A DNA stretch of 64,000 bases from an uncultured Gammaproteobacteria bacterium (GTDB taxonomy: Bacteria > Patescibacteriota > Patescibacteriia > Patescibacteriales > BS150m-G62). The stretch is from NCBI GenBank assembly GCA_964569045.1, contig CAZMSR010000001.1, forward strand, positions 2,593-66,592, read 5' to 3'. A model generated the notes under the pieces. The model was not told the DNA's origin. It saw only the letters and a list, made by a program, of their open reading frames with translations, and did no database searches. The translations under genes and the position numbers were made by a program. Positions 63,385 through 64,000 of the stretch are shown here, piece by piece; the first letter of the stretch is position 1, and each line of letters opens with the position of its first letter.

Positions 63385-64000
63385 AAACTAGAGCGTCTTC
63401 TATTCCACTAGCTTGATCATTAGTTATTGTTCCTGATATTTGATAAGTTGTCCAGGTGCTTGAATCTTCCGGTTTTAGAACAAATGGGGATTGTCTTGCC
63501 TCTTCGTGTGTAATGGCTAGCGGATTGGAGGATAATTGTGATGCACCATTATTAGTAAGTATTTGTAAATGATACAAGATACCGTGAGTAAGAGCATTGC
63601 TGTTGCTAATTTGTGATTGTGGAATTGTAAATTTAAAATATCCATTAGAGATAGGTGTACCGATTAGGTGATAGTGTCTTGGCTCATTGTGTGAGATATA
63701 GTTGTTTTCGCTACCTATTGAATAATGTATTTCAGTGCTTATATTTTGAGTAGCGGTTCTTGGGTCTCCGGCTTGAACAAATATATTTAGATCTGAATTA
63801 ATCGGCACTATATTTAGTGGTACGTGATTTATTGTTGGTCCCTTTGCAGCTGTACCGGGGTAATTTGTGAGACTAGGTTGTTCATTGCCGGAATTTGAAT
63901 TTTGAGGATCTATTACTTTTCTTTTTATAAAATCAAGGTAATTATTGTCAGAATCCCAACTATTACCCATTGAGCGATCTTTGCCATCGGTCATATCTAA
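63263..64000 (-). CDS. N-proximal part of the same surface protein (5' end outside window)
   Basis: Open to the window edge. Ends in a CarboxypepD_reg-like strand ..GTGFSTTTNSNGEYSL, then runs out of frame (RQHWQRNHSYRQ..stop). Confidence 0.55.
   Translation of the reverse strand, partial: LDMTDGKDRSMGNSWDSDNNYLDFIKRKVIDPQNSNSGNEQPSLTNYPGTAAKGPTINHVPLNIVPINSDLNIFVQAGDPRTATQNISTEIHYSIGSENNYISHNEPRHYHLIGTPISNGYFKFTIPQSQISNSNALTHGILYHLQILTNNGASQLSSNPLAITHEEARQSPFVLKPEDSSTWTTYQISGTITNDQASGIEDALVFAKGTGFSTTTNSNGEYSLRQHWQRNHSYRQLRSNNNQPK

Noticed and set aside
1-64000. tRNA, rRNA, tmRNA, RNase P RNA and SRP RNA genes
   Set aside because: I could find no T-arm (GGTTCGAATCC-like), RNase P (GAGGAAAGTCC) or SRP (GGAAGCAGCC) signatures by eye in intergenic regions. 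This cannot be excluded without tRNAscan-SE or Infernal.

Overview
This is an AT-rich, gene-dense bacterial window with about 50 protein genes. I recognised no rRNA, tRNA or CRISPR array by eye.

**Likely organism (inference).** The gene content resembles a reduced, fermentative anaerobe of the Patescibacteria/CPR type.

**Minus-strand energy operon, 5.5-13.7 kb.** It encodes 2-oxoacid:ferredoxin oxidoreductase alpha, beta, gamma and delta subunits, a NuoF-like flavoprotein and an [FeFe]-hydrogenase. It is interrupted by a secreted peptidoglycan-binding protein gene. AMP-forming acetyl-CoA synthetase is transcribed divergently from it.

**Housekeeping genes.** parA-parB, gap, a 2-Cys peroxiredoxin, rsmA, prfB (no programmed frameshift) and dnaE.

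**Signalling genes.** Two GGDEF-EAL proteins, an orphan sensor histidine kinase and a SixA-like phosphatase.

**Competence genes.** comEC is split at an A7-C-A8 tract into a membrane part and an MBL-domain part. comFC is also present.

**Most unusual region, about 35.5-56.7 kb.** This is a co-directional block containing:
- a 2623-aa Cys-rich exported protein;
- three further Cys-rich secreted proteins, one with a pilin-head-like segment and one with a vWA domain;
- three small anchored proteins with thrombospondin-type-3-like Ca-binding repeats;
- a PrgI(VirB3)-like / VirB4-like ATPase module that overlaps comFC.

**Dispersed repeats in intergenic DNA.**
- A 160-bp MITE with 18-bp terminal inverted repeats and 5-bp target duplications: two full copies plus remnants.
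- A second repeat family with one 193-bp full copy and several fragments.
- A 157-bp inverted-repeat element that supplies the 3' end of the oxidoreductase beta-subunit gene.

**Other anomalies.** An orphan minus-strand terminator in a GC-richer non-coding stretch upstream of comEC suggests an unannotated small transcript. The large surface-protein gene at the right edge is broken by a frameshift.

All functional calls rest on motifs read by eye. No database search was run.
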